From Macrostomum lignano (taxonomy: Eukaryota), in contig NIVC01003591.1 in NCBI GenBank assembly GCA_002269645.1, forward strand, positions 1 to 27,522: a stretch of 27,522 nucleotides of DNA. Reading direction: 5' to 3'. A model generated the notes under the pieces. The model did no database searches and was not told where the DNA came from. It worked only from the letters and a program-made list of their open reading frames with translations. Position numbers and translations under genes: made by a program. Below, in pieces: positions 1 through 10,322 of this stretch. Numbering within the stretch: the stretch's first letter is position 1; the number at the start of each line of letters is the position of its first letter.

Positions 1-145
1 CCTCTTTGACGCATTAGACGCGTGTTGAGTCGTTAAAAGTCGCAAGAATTCGTCACAGAGTCGCTATTCACTAGTGAGTTGTAGGGCCAGCCCCCAAAGC
101 TAGAGAGTAGAGAGTCTCTTGACCAGAGGGTAGCTGAGCGACTCT
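1..145. repeat. Fragment of a GAGTC(G)/(C)GACTC-motif-rich interspersed repeat, cut by the window edge
   Basis: GAGTCG at 27 and 58, GAGTC at 112, CGACTC at 139. gagtcgttaaaagtc (27-41) matches the reverse complement of 15439-15453 at 14/15. Confidence 0.4.
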
Positions 146-162
146 TCCCTTCATTTCAGCTT

Positions 163-441
163 CTAAAATATTCGAGAATTAACCTCAAGATGCGAAGGCA
201 CAGCAGGCACTGGTGGCAGCAGGCGCGGCAGCAGGCGCGGCGAATGCATTCGAAGGCGAGCATCCGAAGTCGCTGTCGAATGTCTCGCAGCTCGCTGATA
301 GCCAGGCAGCTTCTCCATCGAGACCTGAGATGATAGCTTCATCGGGTCAACTTCCAGTGCAAGGCGCTCTAGTGACTGAATTGCATTGGACAGGTGCTGA
401 CTGGCAGTGACATGGAAATTTGCATTCTTGCCATCTGACAT
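163..441 (-). CDS. Possible coding exon or small ORF of unknown function
   Basis: GC-balanced 92-codon ORF against AT-rich flanking DNA; plausible donor GAG|GTTAAT at 184/183. No family recognised. Confidence 0.2.
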   Translation of the reverse strand: MSDGKNANFHVTASQHLSNAIQSLERLALEVDPMKLSSQVSMEKLPGYQRAARHSTATSDARLRMHSPRLLPRLLPPVPAVPSHLEVNSRIF

Positions 442-1319
442 GTCTGCTATTGTTCAACAAAATGCTGCAATTATTAGGTAATTATATCATAAAAGTCATA
501 ACATAGTAACTCATTAATATTATCATAATAATCAGAGATGTTAGCATGTTTCTGAGAGTACTTTGGATCATTATTAGTTGTTTATAAATTCAAAACCAAC
601 TTATCAATCAATTTTCTGATAAATTGATGATTTGTTGAAACAAAAGTATTTATTAAAGGATGTTTTATATTTACAAAGTGGATAATGCTGATTGAAAGCA
701 TAAAAGCTGAATACATTTATTCCTTTAAATAAACCTTTTAATCTTGTATACAAGTATAAGCTCGAAAAATATATAAAAAATTAGGCCTAGCCTAACAATG
801 TCTAGACTAGATGAAATACATAAAAATAAATATTAATATTTTGTCTGTTTATTTTTAATTTTATCTAAATATGACCTAAAAATATTTTTTATGCTCATTT
901 ATCACAACATGTTTACTATTATTGACGAGAATTTAATGTATGCTTAGACAATTTGCATGAAAATCTCATTGTAGGATGAACCTAAAGCTATATTCTATAT
1001 TGAATTACTATAATTTACATAGCCTATGGATCTTCTAAAATCTTTCAAAATTATAATGAACCTCAAAATAAATCAATCAAAACTTCAAAAAATACTTTAA
1101 TAATTATACAGGTTACATCTAATTTATACAAATCCATAGGGTAAAAGAGTGGTAACTTCGAATGTAAGTCATTAGTCTGCTAGTCGGTAATAAACAAAAT
1201 AAAATTGACAGCCAAATGTATACAATATAAGGATTTTTCAAATTGTAAAATACATAAAACTACTAGGCTATTTTGTATAAAATACATGAAACTTATTCAA
1301 CAAGTTTGGGTTGGTTGGT

Positions 1320-1478
1320 TGTTTGTTGGCTGTCTGGGAGGGCTGTCTGGGAGGGGTAGTCTGGGAAGGCTGCCTTGAAGGGTTTGACTAGGAGAGTTTG
1401 CCTGGGAAAGCTGCCTTGAGAGGTTTGCCTGGGGGGCTGCCTAGGAAAGATAGCCTAGAAGGACTGCCTGGGAGGAAT
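1320..1478. repeat. Degenerate ~14-bp minisatellite (consensus about GGCTGCCTGGGAGG)
   Basis: Successive variants ggctgtctgggagg, ggtagtctgggaa, ggctgccttgaag, gtttgcctggga, ggctgcctagga, ggactgcctgggagg. Confidence 0.6.
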
Positions 1479-1644
1479 TAGTGATTAAAGCAACAAGTAA
1501 AAAGCATTCATAAAAATACAATCAGTACATGTGGAGTGCACGGGGTGCAGGGAGTGCAGGGGTGCAGATGTGCAGGAGTCAAAGAAGTAGAATTCTGCTG
1601 GGATTGGGGCTAGGATAGTGAAAGGGCCAGTGCTGTGGGGTCTA

Positions 1645-2985
1645 GGGCCAAGGCTAGGGCAGGAGCTAGGGTTGGGGCTAGGGCAGGGGCTAGAGCAGGG
1701 GCTAGAATGGGGTAGGGCTGGCGCTGAGATGGGGTAGGGCTGGCGCTGAGATGGGGTAGGGCTGGCACTGGGGTGCGGTAGGACTAGGGCTGGGATGTGG
1801 TAGGGCTGGCGCTGAGATGGGGTAGGGCTGGGGCTGGGGTGGGGTAGGGCTGGGGCTATAGCTGGCGCTGGGGTGGGGTAGGGCTGGGGCTGGGGTGGGG
1901 TAGGGCTGGGGCTGGAGTGGGTAGGGCTGGGGCTGGGGCGGGGTAGGGCTGGCGCTGAGATGGGGTAGGGCTGGGCTGGGGCTAGAGCTGGCGCTGGGGT
2001 GGGGTAGGGCTGGGGCTGGGGCGGGTAGGGCTGGCGCTGAGATGGGGTAGGGCTGGGGCTGGGGTGGGGTAGGGCTGGGGCTAGAGCAGGGGCTGGGATG
2101 GGGTAGGGCTGGCGCTGAGATGGGCTAGGGCTGGGGCTCGGGTGGGGTAGGGCTGGGGCTGGAGTGGGGTAGGGCTAGGGCTGGGGTGGGGTAGAGCTGG
2201 GGCTGGGGTAGGGTAGGAGTGGGGTACTGGAGTGGGGTAGGGCTGGGGCTGGAGTGGGGTAGGGCTGGGGCTGGAGTGGGGTAAGGCTGGGGCTGGGGTG
2301 GGGTAGGGCTGGGGCTAGAGCAGGGCTGGGATGGGGTAGGGCTGGCGCTGAGATAGGGTAGGGCTGGCACTGGGGTGGGGTAGGACTGGGGCTGGGGCGG
2401 GGTAGGGCTGGCGCTGAGATGGGGTAGGGCTGGGGCTGGGGTGGGGTAGGGCTGGGGCTAGAGCAGGGGCTGGGATGGGGTAGGGCTGGCGCTGAGATGG
2501 GGTAGGGCTGGGGCTAGAGCAGGGGCTAGGGTGTGGTAGGGCTGGGGCTGGAGTGGGGTAGGGCTGGGGTGGGTAGGGCTGGGGCTGGGGTGGGTAGGGC
2601 TGGGGCTAGGGCAGGGGCAGGGGCTAGGGTTAGGGCTAGAGTAGGGGCTGGGATAGAGTGGGGTAGGGCTGGGGCTAGGATAGAGTACAGGCTAGGGCTA
2701 GGGCTAGGCTGGGCTGGTGATTGAGCTTAAGCTGGAGCTGGCTGCTGGGGCTGTAGTGTGGCTAGAGCTTGAGCTGGGGCTAGGCTGGGGCTTGAGCTCA
2801 AGCTAGGGCTAAGCTAGGGCTATTGCTAGGGTAGGGCTGGGCTAGGGCTATAGCCAAGCTAGTGCCAGGGCCAGGACTATTGTTAGAGTTTTGTCTAATG
2901 CTATGGCTATGGCTGCTAAGGTTAAGGCTAGGGCTAAGTAGAGCTAGGGCTAGGGTCAGGACTAGGGATGGGGCTAGGCTTATGA
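1645..2985. repeat. G-rich minisatellite: core (about 1709-2560) of 22-bp units built from 11-bp halves (GGGGTAGGGCT + GGGGCTGGGGT or GGCGCTGAGAT), flanked by degenerate TAGGGC/TGGGGC hexamers
   Basis: Directly visible tandem structure. The 22-bp period is not a multiple of 3, so the Pro-rich and Gly-rich ORFs here are by-products. Confidence 0.9.
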
Positions 2986-4334
2986 TATACAATAGTTTTT
3001 AGAGATATAGGCAACTATATATAATAGTTTCTATAAACCTAAACATTTTTAATAATAGAAACTGTAGCTATAAAATAAATTAATAGCCTATCCAGCTATT
3101 CTATTCCAATACTGTATCCAGCTATAATATGTATGGTAGTATAGCTTTATACTACTACAGGGCTTTAGAATTTATTAACAGTATAGCTTTATAATTGTAA
3201 TACTTTATATATAGCTCTCTTTACATTAAAGCACTGGATTTAGAAAGTTGTACAGTGGCACAGTGCTAGACATATGGTCTATTGCTAGCATGCTACTAAA
3301 TACTATATAGCCATTGATATCTGATATTGACGATAGCATCAATTTATAGAGTCAGTAGCTTGTTAATGTTAAGTGCTTTCTAATTGTTTTTTTTTAGTTT
3401 TTACTAAGCTTGCTATGCAAAACAATTAAAAGAAGTTTTTTGGAAACATTTTGTATGCTTAGTATATAGTTCACTTCTACACAAAGTACAATCCAACTTC
3501 TATTTGCAATATAATAGAATTTGCTATATAGCGTGCCAGCGTGGGTTGGCAAACATTTTCGAAACAGAGTTTCGTAGAAATATACAATTCAAATTAGGAG
3601 AAAAAATTCAATTTAAACTTCTGTCATTTTAAGCGAATATCAAGCAAATATGCGTTTCGCTTCTTTCTGCATTGGCACTTATATATTTAATTCATTTAGG
3701 CAAAGATGATCTTTTTCCAGGCAACGTATACAAGAAAGATCAACAGAAGATCTTTTCCCAGGCTAGCCTGGAGATTTTTTGATCTTTTTCCCAGTCTAGC
3801 CTACTGCCGTCGGGTGTCCAATTGGTGACAAGACGATCTGGCGACAATCAAAGCGGCGACAGATTTGTTTGTAGATTTGTTTGTAGATTATAGATACAAG
3901 CTACTTTTTCCTAATTGTTATTTAACGGTGTGCCTAGAAGTTTGCTGACTGGACCTAATTTTTTATATGTATTGCAGTGCCTCCCAGCGTAAAAAACAAA
4001 GTTTTGTTTGTTGGAACTTTTTTCGAAAGTGTTTTTTTAATCTGTGCGCCTAGGCATTTTTTGACTGCAGCGAATTTTTAATACATGCACGTAGTTCTCC
4101 CAGAGTACAGTGGTTCAAATGGGCACTGTCACGTCAAGTACATTCAGTTGAGCAGCTGCATTTTATAATTTTAGTGTCATTAATTAGTGTATTTAGTGTC
4201 ATTTTAACACAAAAGTTTATTTCTCTAGTTTATTACAATTAACCCCGGATAGCAAAGATGGTGAAAAGAACTACACAATCATAACTTTAATAATGCTAAA
4301 TACGAGCTTAGCTGTACTAATAGCTTTAATAAAA

Positions 4335-4445
4335 ATAAAAATAAAAAAATAATAATATTAATAATAATAGTAATAATAATAATAATCTTAATAACAATAA
4401 TAATAATAATACTAATAACAATGACAATCAATAAGAATAATAAGA
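4335..4445. repeat. Imperfect (AAT)n microsatellite
   Basis: aataataat runs with interruptions; explains the poly-Ile ORF 4279..4485. Confidence 0.85.
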
Positions 4446-5407
4446 ATCTGGCGAACACGAGAGCAGAATCAGACCTCCTATTCAACTGGAGCTGCCCAAG
4501 AAGGCGAGATCAACCGCAAGAAGCTTGACAACCGAGAGAGAGAGAAAGAGAGCTAGGACTGTGTAATCAACCATGGACAGAATTAAGAGAAGGAAAACTA
4601 TGCTTTTTTTCTAAAATCTTTCTATCCCAAAATTTATCTAACGCAACACATATATTTGCAAAACCCTGAATAATCTCTAACCCACACACTTAGCAACCTA
4701 CTAGAACTAACTAAATTCGTGTACAACTAGGGGACTGAGTCCCAGATTTTCTATTGCCTCAATTTTCTATTGCCTCTATTCCCTCGCTGTTGCTAACCAC
4801 GCAAAGACGTCCCACCGGCAGCGGGGGATCGGAGGTAAAAAATTCCAATCTGCCAAAAATGCAAAACCTAAGTCCTAATCCACTTATTTGTCTTAATAGT
4901 TATTGAAGGTGAGATATTCCGAGGGACATAATTATTTCAGCCTGAGTACTTGGAGATCCGGTCAACTTATACGGTTTGCTCTGACTGCCTGATAGAAGAA
5001 TTAAGGAGCTGAAGAACCTTGAACCGCTAGACCCACATTATAGAAAGTGAGAATTCAAACAATAAAGGCACCAGCTGAGAAAAACGCGTATAGTTAAGTT
5101 AGAAAGGCAAAAGCAGAGGCCAAAAGTGAAATGACGTTAACGACAGCCAAGGCAACAGAAGTCTGTCGGTGCGGTGCCAGGCAAAACCACGACAAGTCAC
5201 CCCGGACTGGCGGGCGAGGCAGAACTAAACTCCAAACTTTGACGAAATGCCAAAGTTTCAGCAGCCGTATGTGGATGCTCTGGTATTGTTTTTTGACACA
5301 AAAAAGTTCTTCACTTGGGCGAAGTGTGCTCCATGCACGCATCAAACACAAGCGACAGGAAACTGCATGATTATTTCACCAGTCAACACGTACTAAGATA
5401 CTGTAAG

Positions 5408-5616
5408 TGTTGTGTATTGAACGCGTAGGTTTGGTTGCCAGAAAAGAAACTTAGTGAGTCTCGCCGGACCACGGCCTGTATTTATATATTAACATGCACG
5501 CTGTAAGAAAAATTGGATGTTAGATTATTGCGTAACGCGTTTCGCAAATTAACGTGCCCGACGGGCCGCACACTGAACATATAGAGTTAAGTACGTATGG
5601 TCGCGCACTCACAACA
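5408..5616 (-). repeat. 3' LTR (209 bp)
   Basis: Direct repeat of 7817-8043 with 3 substitutions and 2 indel sites; 7-bp terminal inverted repeat; TATATAAA on the minus strand. Confidence 0.95.
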
Positions 5617-5624
5617 TCCTCCCC
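5617..5624 (-). other. Polypurine tract (GGGGAGGA) abutting the 3' LTR
   Basis: tcctcccc on + directly after the LTR end. Confidence 0.85.
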
Positions 5625-5681
5625 ACATGAGATTCCCCTAAGTAATCGCATGTCAGTTCAGTGCATCATACACGGTTCAGT

Positions 5682-6310
5682 TCACGAGCGCATTGGCAGT
5701 CGACGCTCGTGCTCTGACCTTCTCAGCACCGGCGGGGGTGCCGGCGGGTCCCCAGCGAGATGATCAGGCGGTCCTGGCGGATCCACCTCCGGGCCGCCAC
5801 CACCTTCGTCGAGCTGCGCGTCGCCGTCGTCGTCGCTTCCTTTGCCAGGTCCGGCCGGCACGCAGCGCCGCAGGTGCCACCGCTTGCCGTTTCCGAGCAG
5901 CACGGTTGTACGTCTTGAATCGCTTGAGAACCCGGAACGGCCCGGCGAGCTTCGGCTCCAGCTTGCCAGGTGCCATCGGCTTGGAGATGTGCACCCAGGA
6001 GCCGTCTTGGATGACCGCGGTCCGCGTCGCTGATGCATGCCGCCGACGGTCGGTGTCGCTCTTTGCTCGTTGCTTTGCCGTGGCGACCCGGTCATGAGTT
6101 GACGTCGTCCGCTTGGCTTCCGAGTCCGGTTGGAGTGCGAGCAGCGGGGTGCGTATTGGTCGGCCAGTCATGAGCTCGTGTGGACTCGAACCCATGACGT
6201 GCGTTGGGGTCGCCCTGTAGGCCGCGACGACAGCTCGGACCGCCTTGCAGAAGGTCCACCCGGCGACCAAGTGCGCTGTCACTAAGTGTGTCCAAGTGGT
6301 TGAATCGCCT
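5682..6310 (-). pseudogene. Frameshifted C-terminal part of the integrase
   Basis: Frame of ORF 5764..6411 gives AYRATP..MGSSPHELMTGRPIRTPL and AGPFRV. A second shift near 5910 continues as TVLLGNGKRWHLRRC in the frame of ORF 5682..6095. Confidence 0.8.
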
Positions 6311-7816
6311 GACGTTGCCGTTTTGTTCTGGACAGTACACTGCCGTTCGCTTGTGTTCGATCGCCAGGCTTGCCAGGTACTCGTCGAACTCTCGACCGAA
6401 CTGGGGTCCATTGTCGGTTGTGATGCTCTTCGGGATGCCCCACCTCGACCAGATGACCTCGAGGAAGTCGACGACTACCTTGGTTGTGACCGATTCTACG
6501 AGCGCGACTTCTGGCCATCGGCTGAACTGATCGATGAGCAGGATCACGAATCTCTGGTGACGCGGCGCCGCTCTGAACTCTCCGCAGATTTCGAGCTGCA
6601 GCTCCTCCCAGGCTCCTGCTGGCGTGCTGGACTGTTGCCTGATCGACTCGAAGAGGTCCTTGGAGTTGTCCTGGAGTTGTGAGCCCTCGTCACCGAGATG
6701 GTTAATTTGAAGAGACACACCAAACTTCGAGAAGTCGGAACGCCCAAGAAGGCTTGAGCTGCCCTCGGTGATATGAAAACAGACCGAGGCCGTCTTTTCC
6801 TTGAACGTGACCGGGAGCGTCGCTGTCCCGTAGGTCCTGATGTGCGAGCCTCCGTAGGCCACGAACCGTGCTGGTGGTCCGCTTCCCTTGGTTGCGTGTC
6901 GTCGAACTCTCTGGAAGTCGGACATGCTGATCACCGACACGGAGGCACCGCTGTCCAGCGTCAGCGTCAGCAGCTCGTCGCGGACCGCGCATTCGATGTT
7001 GTGGACGGCAGTCGGATCCTGGTTCGCGACTTGCAGGATGGTGCTCACCTCCTCGCCGACTGTCGCCACCGTCTTGCTTCGGCACACAGCGGCAAAGTGG
7101 TTCAGTTTACGGCAGTTTTTGCACGTTTTTCCCATTGCCGGGCACTTGTGCTTCTTGCTGTAGTCGCCGCCGCATCGCCTGCACTTCTCGCTGTCCTTGC
7201 GCGTTTTGGGCTTGGCTCTGACTTTCTGCTTTGAGACGGCGTGCACTGTCTTTTGAGACGCCCCTGATATGCCGTTGAGGACCTTGGCTTCGTTGATGGC
7301 CGTCTCGATTTGGTTGGTGAGCTGCAGGGACTTCTCCAATGTCAGGTCGTCTGGTTCCATCAGCAGCCTCTCACGGATACGTGGCATGCACGTTTTCTCG
7401 ATAAGCTGATCGCGGACCATCTCCTTCGTCAGGTCCTTGAACGCGCAATCGGCCGCGAGCTGCTGCAGATCTCTGACGAACTGCTGCACCGGCTCCCCTG
7501 GTCGCTGCTCCCTGCACCGAAACCTGTAGCGAGCTCCGATGACGCTCTTGTTCGGCACGAAGATTTTGTCCATTTCTTCGAGCAGTTTCTTCATGTCGTT
7601 CGCCTCCACGCTTTCCGCCTGCCGTTGGCCCTCCGGCGCGAGGCAGTGTCGAAGGACGGCAATTTGTTTCGCCTCCGACGTTTTGTCCAGTTCCGTTGCC
7701 GTTGAATAGATCGCGAACTGACTTTTCCACCTTGGCCACGGGCAGCTTGGCTCGCCCGGGCTAGCCAGGTACGGCGTTGGTGGGTTGAAACTGAAGTCTG
7801 CCATCTTCGTCGCCAT
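6092..7816 (-). CDS. Gag - aspartic protease - integrase-core fusion polyprotein (574 aa; C-terminal ~65 aa are out-of-frame read-through after a frameshift)
   Basis: Gag motifs (W..WKSQF, VRDQLI, RIRERLL), zinc knuckle CKNCRKLNHFAAVC, protease LDSGAS...LLGR, integrase core IDQFSRWPEV...PKSITTDNGPQF...PEQNG. Confidence 0.9.
   Translation of the reverse strand: MATKMADFSFNPPTPYLASPGEPSCPWPRWKSQFAIYSTATELDKTSEAKQIAVLRHCLAPEGQRQAESVEANDMKKLLEEMDKIFVPNKSVIGARYRFRCREQRPGEPVQQFVRDLQQLAADCAFKDLTKEMVRDQLIEKTCMPRIRERLLMEPDDLTLEKSLQLTNQIETAINEAKVLNGISGASQKTVHAVSKQKVRAKPKTRKDSEKCRRCGGDYSKKHKCPAMGKTCKNCRKLNHFAAVCRSKTVATVGEEVSTILQVANQDPTAVHNIECAVRDELLTLTLDSGASVSVISMSDFQRVRRHATKGSGPPARFVAYGGSHIRTYGTATLPVTFKEKTASVCFHITEGSSSLLGRSDFSKFGVSLQINHLGDEGSQLQDNSKDLFESIRQQSSTPAGAWEELQLEICGEFRAAPRHQRFVILLIDQFSRWPEVALVESVTTKVVVDFLEVIWSRWGIPKSITTDNGPQFGREFDEYLASLAIEHKRTAVYCPEQNGNVRRFNHLDTLSDSALGRRVDLLQGGPSCRRGLQGDPNARHGFESTRAHDWPTNTHPAARTPTGLGSQADDVNS
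7801..7815 (-). other. Primer-binding site TGGCGACGAAGATGG, 1 nt from the 5' LTR, tRNA-Ser(GCU)-like
   Basis: 14/15 complementary to the 3' end of metazoan tRNA-Ser(GCU) as I recall it (...CCATCCTCGTCGCCA). Confidence 0.8.
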
Positions 7817-8043
7817 TGTTGTGTATTGAACGCGTAGGTTTGGTTGCCAGAAAAGAAACTTAGTGAGTCTCGCCGGACCACGGCCTGTATTTATATATTA
7901 ACTTAATATATTAACTTTTTCTAACGCTGTGAGAAAAATTGGATGTTAGATTATTGCGTAACGCGTTTTCGCAAATTAACGTGCCCGACGGGCCGCACAC
8001 TGAACATATAGAGTTAAGTACGTATGCTCGCGCACCCACAACA
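7817..8043 (-). repeat. 5' LTR (227 bp)
   Basis: Direct repeat of 5408-5616, 18 bp longer; TG...CA termini. Confidence 0.95.
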
Positions 8044-8094
8044 GTAAGTCCTGGAGCAATATTGTCCTGGAGCAATGTAGTCGTCGTGTATACA

Positions 8095-8842
8095 TGTATA
8101 TCCAAAAAGAGCCAAACTGAAAACTGCTGCTTGGTTTCTGGGTACTATACTGGTACATGCAGATTCAGGTCTCTTCGTCACGGCTGTGATGATCACCCAG
8201 CACCACTTTGATCTGCCAAAAACAAATAATTCTTGCCCAAATTCGCACTAACAAACGCAACCTTGTTCGCTGTTTGGTCCTCCAGGAGGTTGTGGTGAGG
8301 TATCAATTGGGTGCAATGCTTGGAGGATCCAGCTTCTCATGCAGAAAGGATATGTTAGCGCTGCCGATCCAATGCCCAGAACCAATCCTTTGATCTCGAC
8401 ACGTTGGTCTTCATCAATCATTCTGCGAACAGCAGCGATGTTCTCATCCATGACGGCAGAAGCTGGACGTATATTCAGAGGCTCGTCATCAAAAGGCTTC
8501 TTTGGCCCCACTTTGCCCTCATAATTGTACCACCGAAAAACCGTGGCAGGGGAAGGCCGGCTTGGTCTCCAAAGGCTGAGTGAAACTTTCGAGACATTGC
8601 ATTTTCGCTGGTGGTAAGCTATTATGATACGATTTATAGTTTCGATTTATGAGTTTCATCGGATGGAGTACCTTTGATAAGGGGTGCTAATCGACTTTCA
8701 AAAGCAATTGTGAATAATTAACATTTAAAAGATGCTGAAGATCTATACTTTCATTAGAAGGGTGATAGATATATGTAAATACAAGCGCCTGCAGCTGTGA
8801 CTCATGGGCTACACGTGCTCAACACTTTCAGCACGCCCCTCG
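8095..8842 (-). mobile_element. Degraded, 3'-truncated mariner transposon (family distinct from the copies at 14343 and 17527)
   Basis: 5' TIR TA|CGAGGGGCGTGCTGAAAG at 8844-8825. Transposase remnants PSPATVFRW, RPASAVMDENIAAVRRMIDED and PETKQQFSVW occur in different frames. No second TIR found. Confidence 0.8.
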
Positions 8843-9537
8843 TAAGTTAAAGCCGGTCTAGTTTCACTCTTCACAATGGATGGTTGTACAGTTGATTCCG
8901 TATGCGTTTCAGTCATTTTTGGCCGTGATAGAAACCATTTGCACACTGGTTTCAATCAGATACAGGAAATGATGCACATTGAAGAGAATGGTAGAGTGGC
9001 CGAGGTACAGGCTATAGTTCCATTTGCTACATGTTATCGCAACATTATAAAGACTCTCGATCGCAGGTTACAAATTTGCTCTGCACTCTAGGCTCCACTA
9101 CACCACATGTATGTCACATACATCTCAACTTTGTCATGTCAGACAGGCGAGTATCAGAATAGCTACTGCTTAAAGAGACACGTGCCATAGTTCGATAGAC
9201 ACACAGTGTCCGCTGAACTCCTTGAACTACACGCGGCTAATTTTTTACGTTGGATCATGCCAACCATTATTAACCTTCACAGACTGTGAACCCGGTAAAA
9301 TATGCCTGCCTGCTACACATCACACACCAACGTATAATCAGCTGGTGACCATCTGAAATTTATTACAAGTCAAGCAAAATATCATCTACGATCCGAGCTG
9401 AGTACAGTGATCAACAGCATGGTTCAAGCTTTGATGAGCAAATGCAATTTTGGAAATAAAACCCATTGCGATCAGAGACAAATTTTCGAAAATATGTTTC
9501 AAAAATATCGCTAAAATACTTATAATCGATGGTACAT

Positions 9538-9880
9538 GGGTTGTATCTGCCTCTCCGGCGGTGAGAATGCGGAGCACTTCATCTGTGAATGCCCTGCCTT
9601 GACTCAGGACAGGCTCGACAACCTCGGCCCAAACTCGGACTTTCAAAAATCTTCGAACCCGAGAATCTCTGCCAGTTCTTCCTCTACATGTACGAGCTAC
9701 CTAAGGGCAACTGGGCGAGCGACCATCCACCTTCTGGACTCACTGGATGGGGACTGCGCTGCGGACGCAGGTACCACCGGCTCCACCGGAGCACAATAGC
9801 TGCCAGTGGCTATGGGAACGAGCCTATCCCCGCTGTATCCGGATGCCCAGAGCCCCTTGTAGCTGAGTCTGAGTCTGAGT
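9538..9880 (+). mobile_element. 5'-truncated non-LTR retrotransposon 3' end (possibly R1/Loa/I-group-like) with a (CTGAGT)3 tail
   Basis: CICLSGGENAEHFICECPAL..DR resembles the LINE ORF2 C-terminal CCHC knuckle; frameshifted continuation; hexamer tail at 9863-9880. Clade assignment is tentative. Confidence 0.7.
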
Positions 9881-10322
9881 ATGTATATTTATATATTTTA
9901 CAGCTCATTATACCATGGACGCATGAGCAAATGAAATATTAGAGGGTAGACAGAATCGCCTGCAAGAGAGACTTTCGTATGCTGGTATGACCATAGCAGG
10001 TAAATTTATCCAATTAGCTAATGCGAATGGGAGAGAGAGCTGCTTCTGCAGTGCCTCACTCACAGTATGGATTACTGAATTTCTAACAGAGCTGCCATAA
10101 ACACCCTCCCTATCGGTATCCCTACAAAATTGCATGCTCAGAAAGGCTGTAGTTAAAAATATTTAAAGTTTAGGATTGCAGTCATTCCCATAATATAAAT
10201 TGCTCTCAATATTGCTACAGACTAAACCCCAAGTCAATTTATTATTCAACACTACCGCAACCCTCTAGGCAAAAAGCAAGAAAGCAACAGAAGTTCATCA
10301 AAACAACGCGCAGGAAATTACT

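Larger units (their letters stand above)
5408..8043 (-). mobile_element. Gypsy/Ty3 (Mag-like) LTR retrotransposon, 2636 bp, non-autonomous (no RT/RNase H)
   Basis: Two LTRs with TGTTGTG...CACAACA ends, 5-bp TSD GTAAG (5403-5407 and 8044-8048), PBS, PPT, and a gag-PR-INT ORF. Confidence 0.95.

Noticed and set aside
2125-2992. Pro-rich and Gly/Ala-rich ORFs suggesting an extensin- or mucin-like gene
   Set aside because: The core unit is 22 bp, so frames shift every unit; no sustained ORF or splice support.
5094-5370. ORFs on both strands left of the LTR element
   Set aside because: No motif and no consistent splice sites; not distinguishable from chance.
5693-7881. Many overlapping + strand and alternative-frame ORFs inside the LTR element
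   Set aside because: Shadows of GC-rich gag-pol codon usage; no recognisable motifs.
5408-8043. Repeats in the window as a CRISPR-like array
   Set aside because: The direct repeats are LTRs, and the other arrays are spacer-less tandem repeats; no cas genes and the context is eukaryotic.
8047-8077. 13-bp direct repeat GTCCTGGAGCAAT x2 next to the LTR TSD
   Set aside because: Small local duplication outside the element; the 5-bp GTAAG TSD already explains the insertion.
8850-9530. Short ORFs between the mariner remnant and the LINE end
   Set aside because: Stops in all frames and no recognisable family; a decayed gene cannot be supported.
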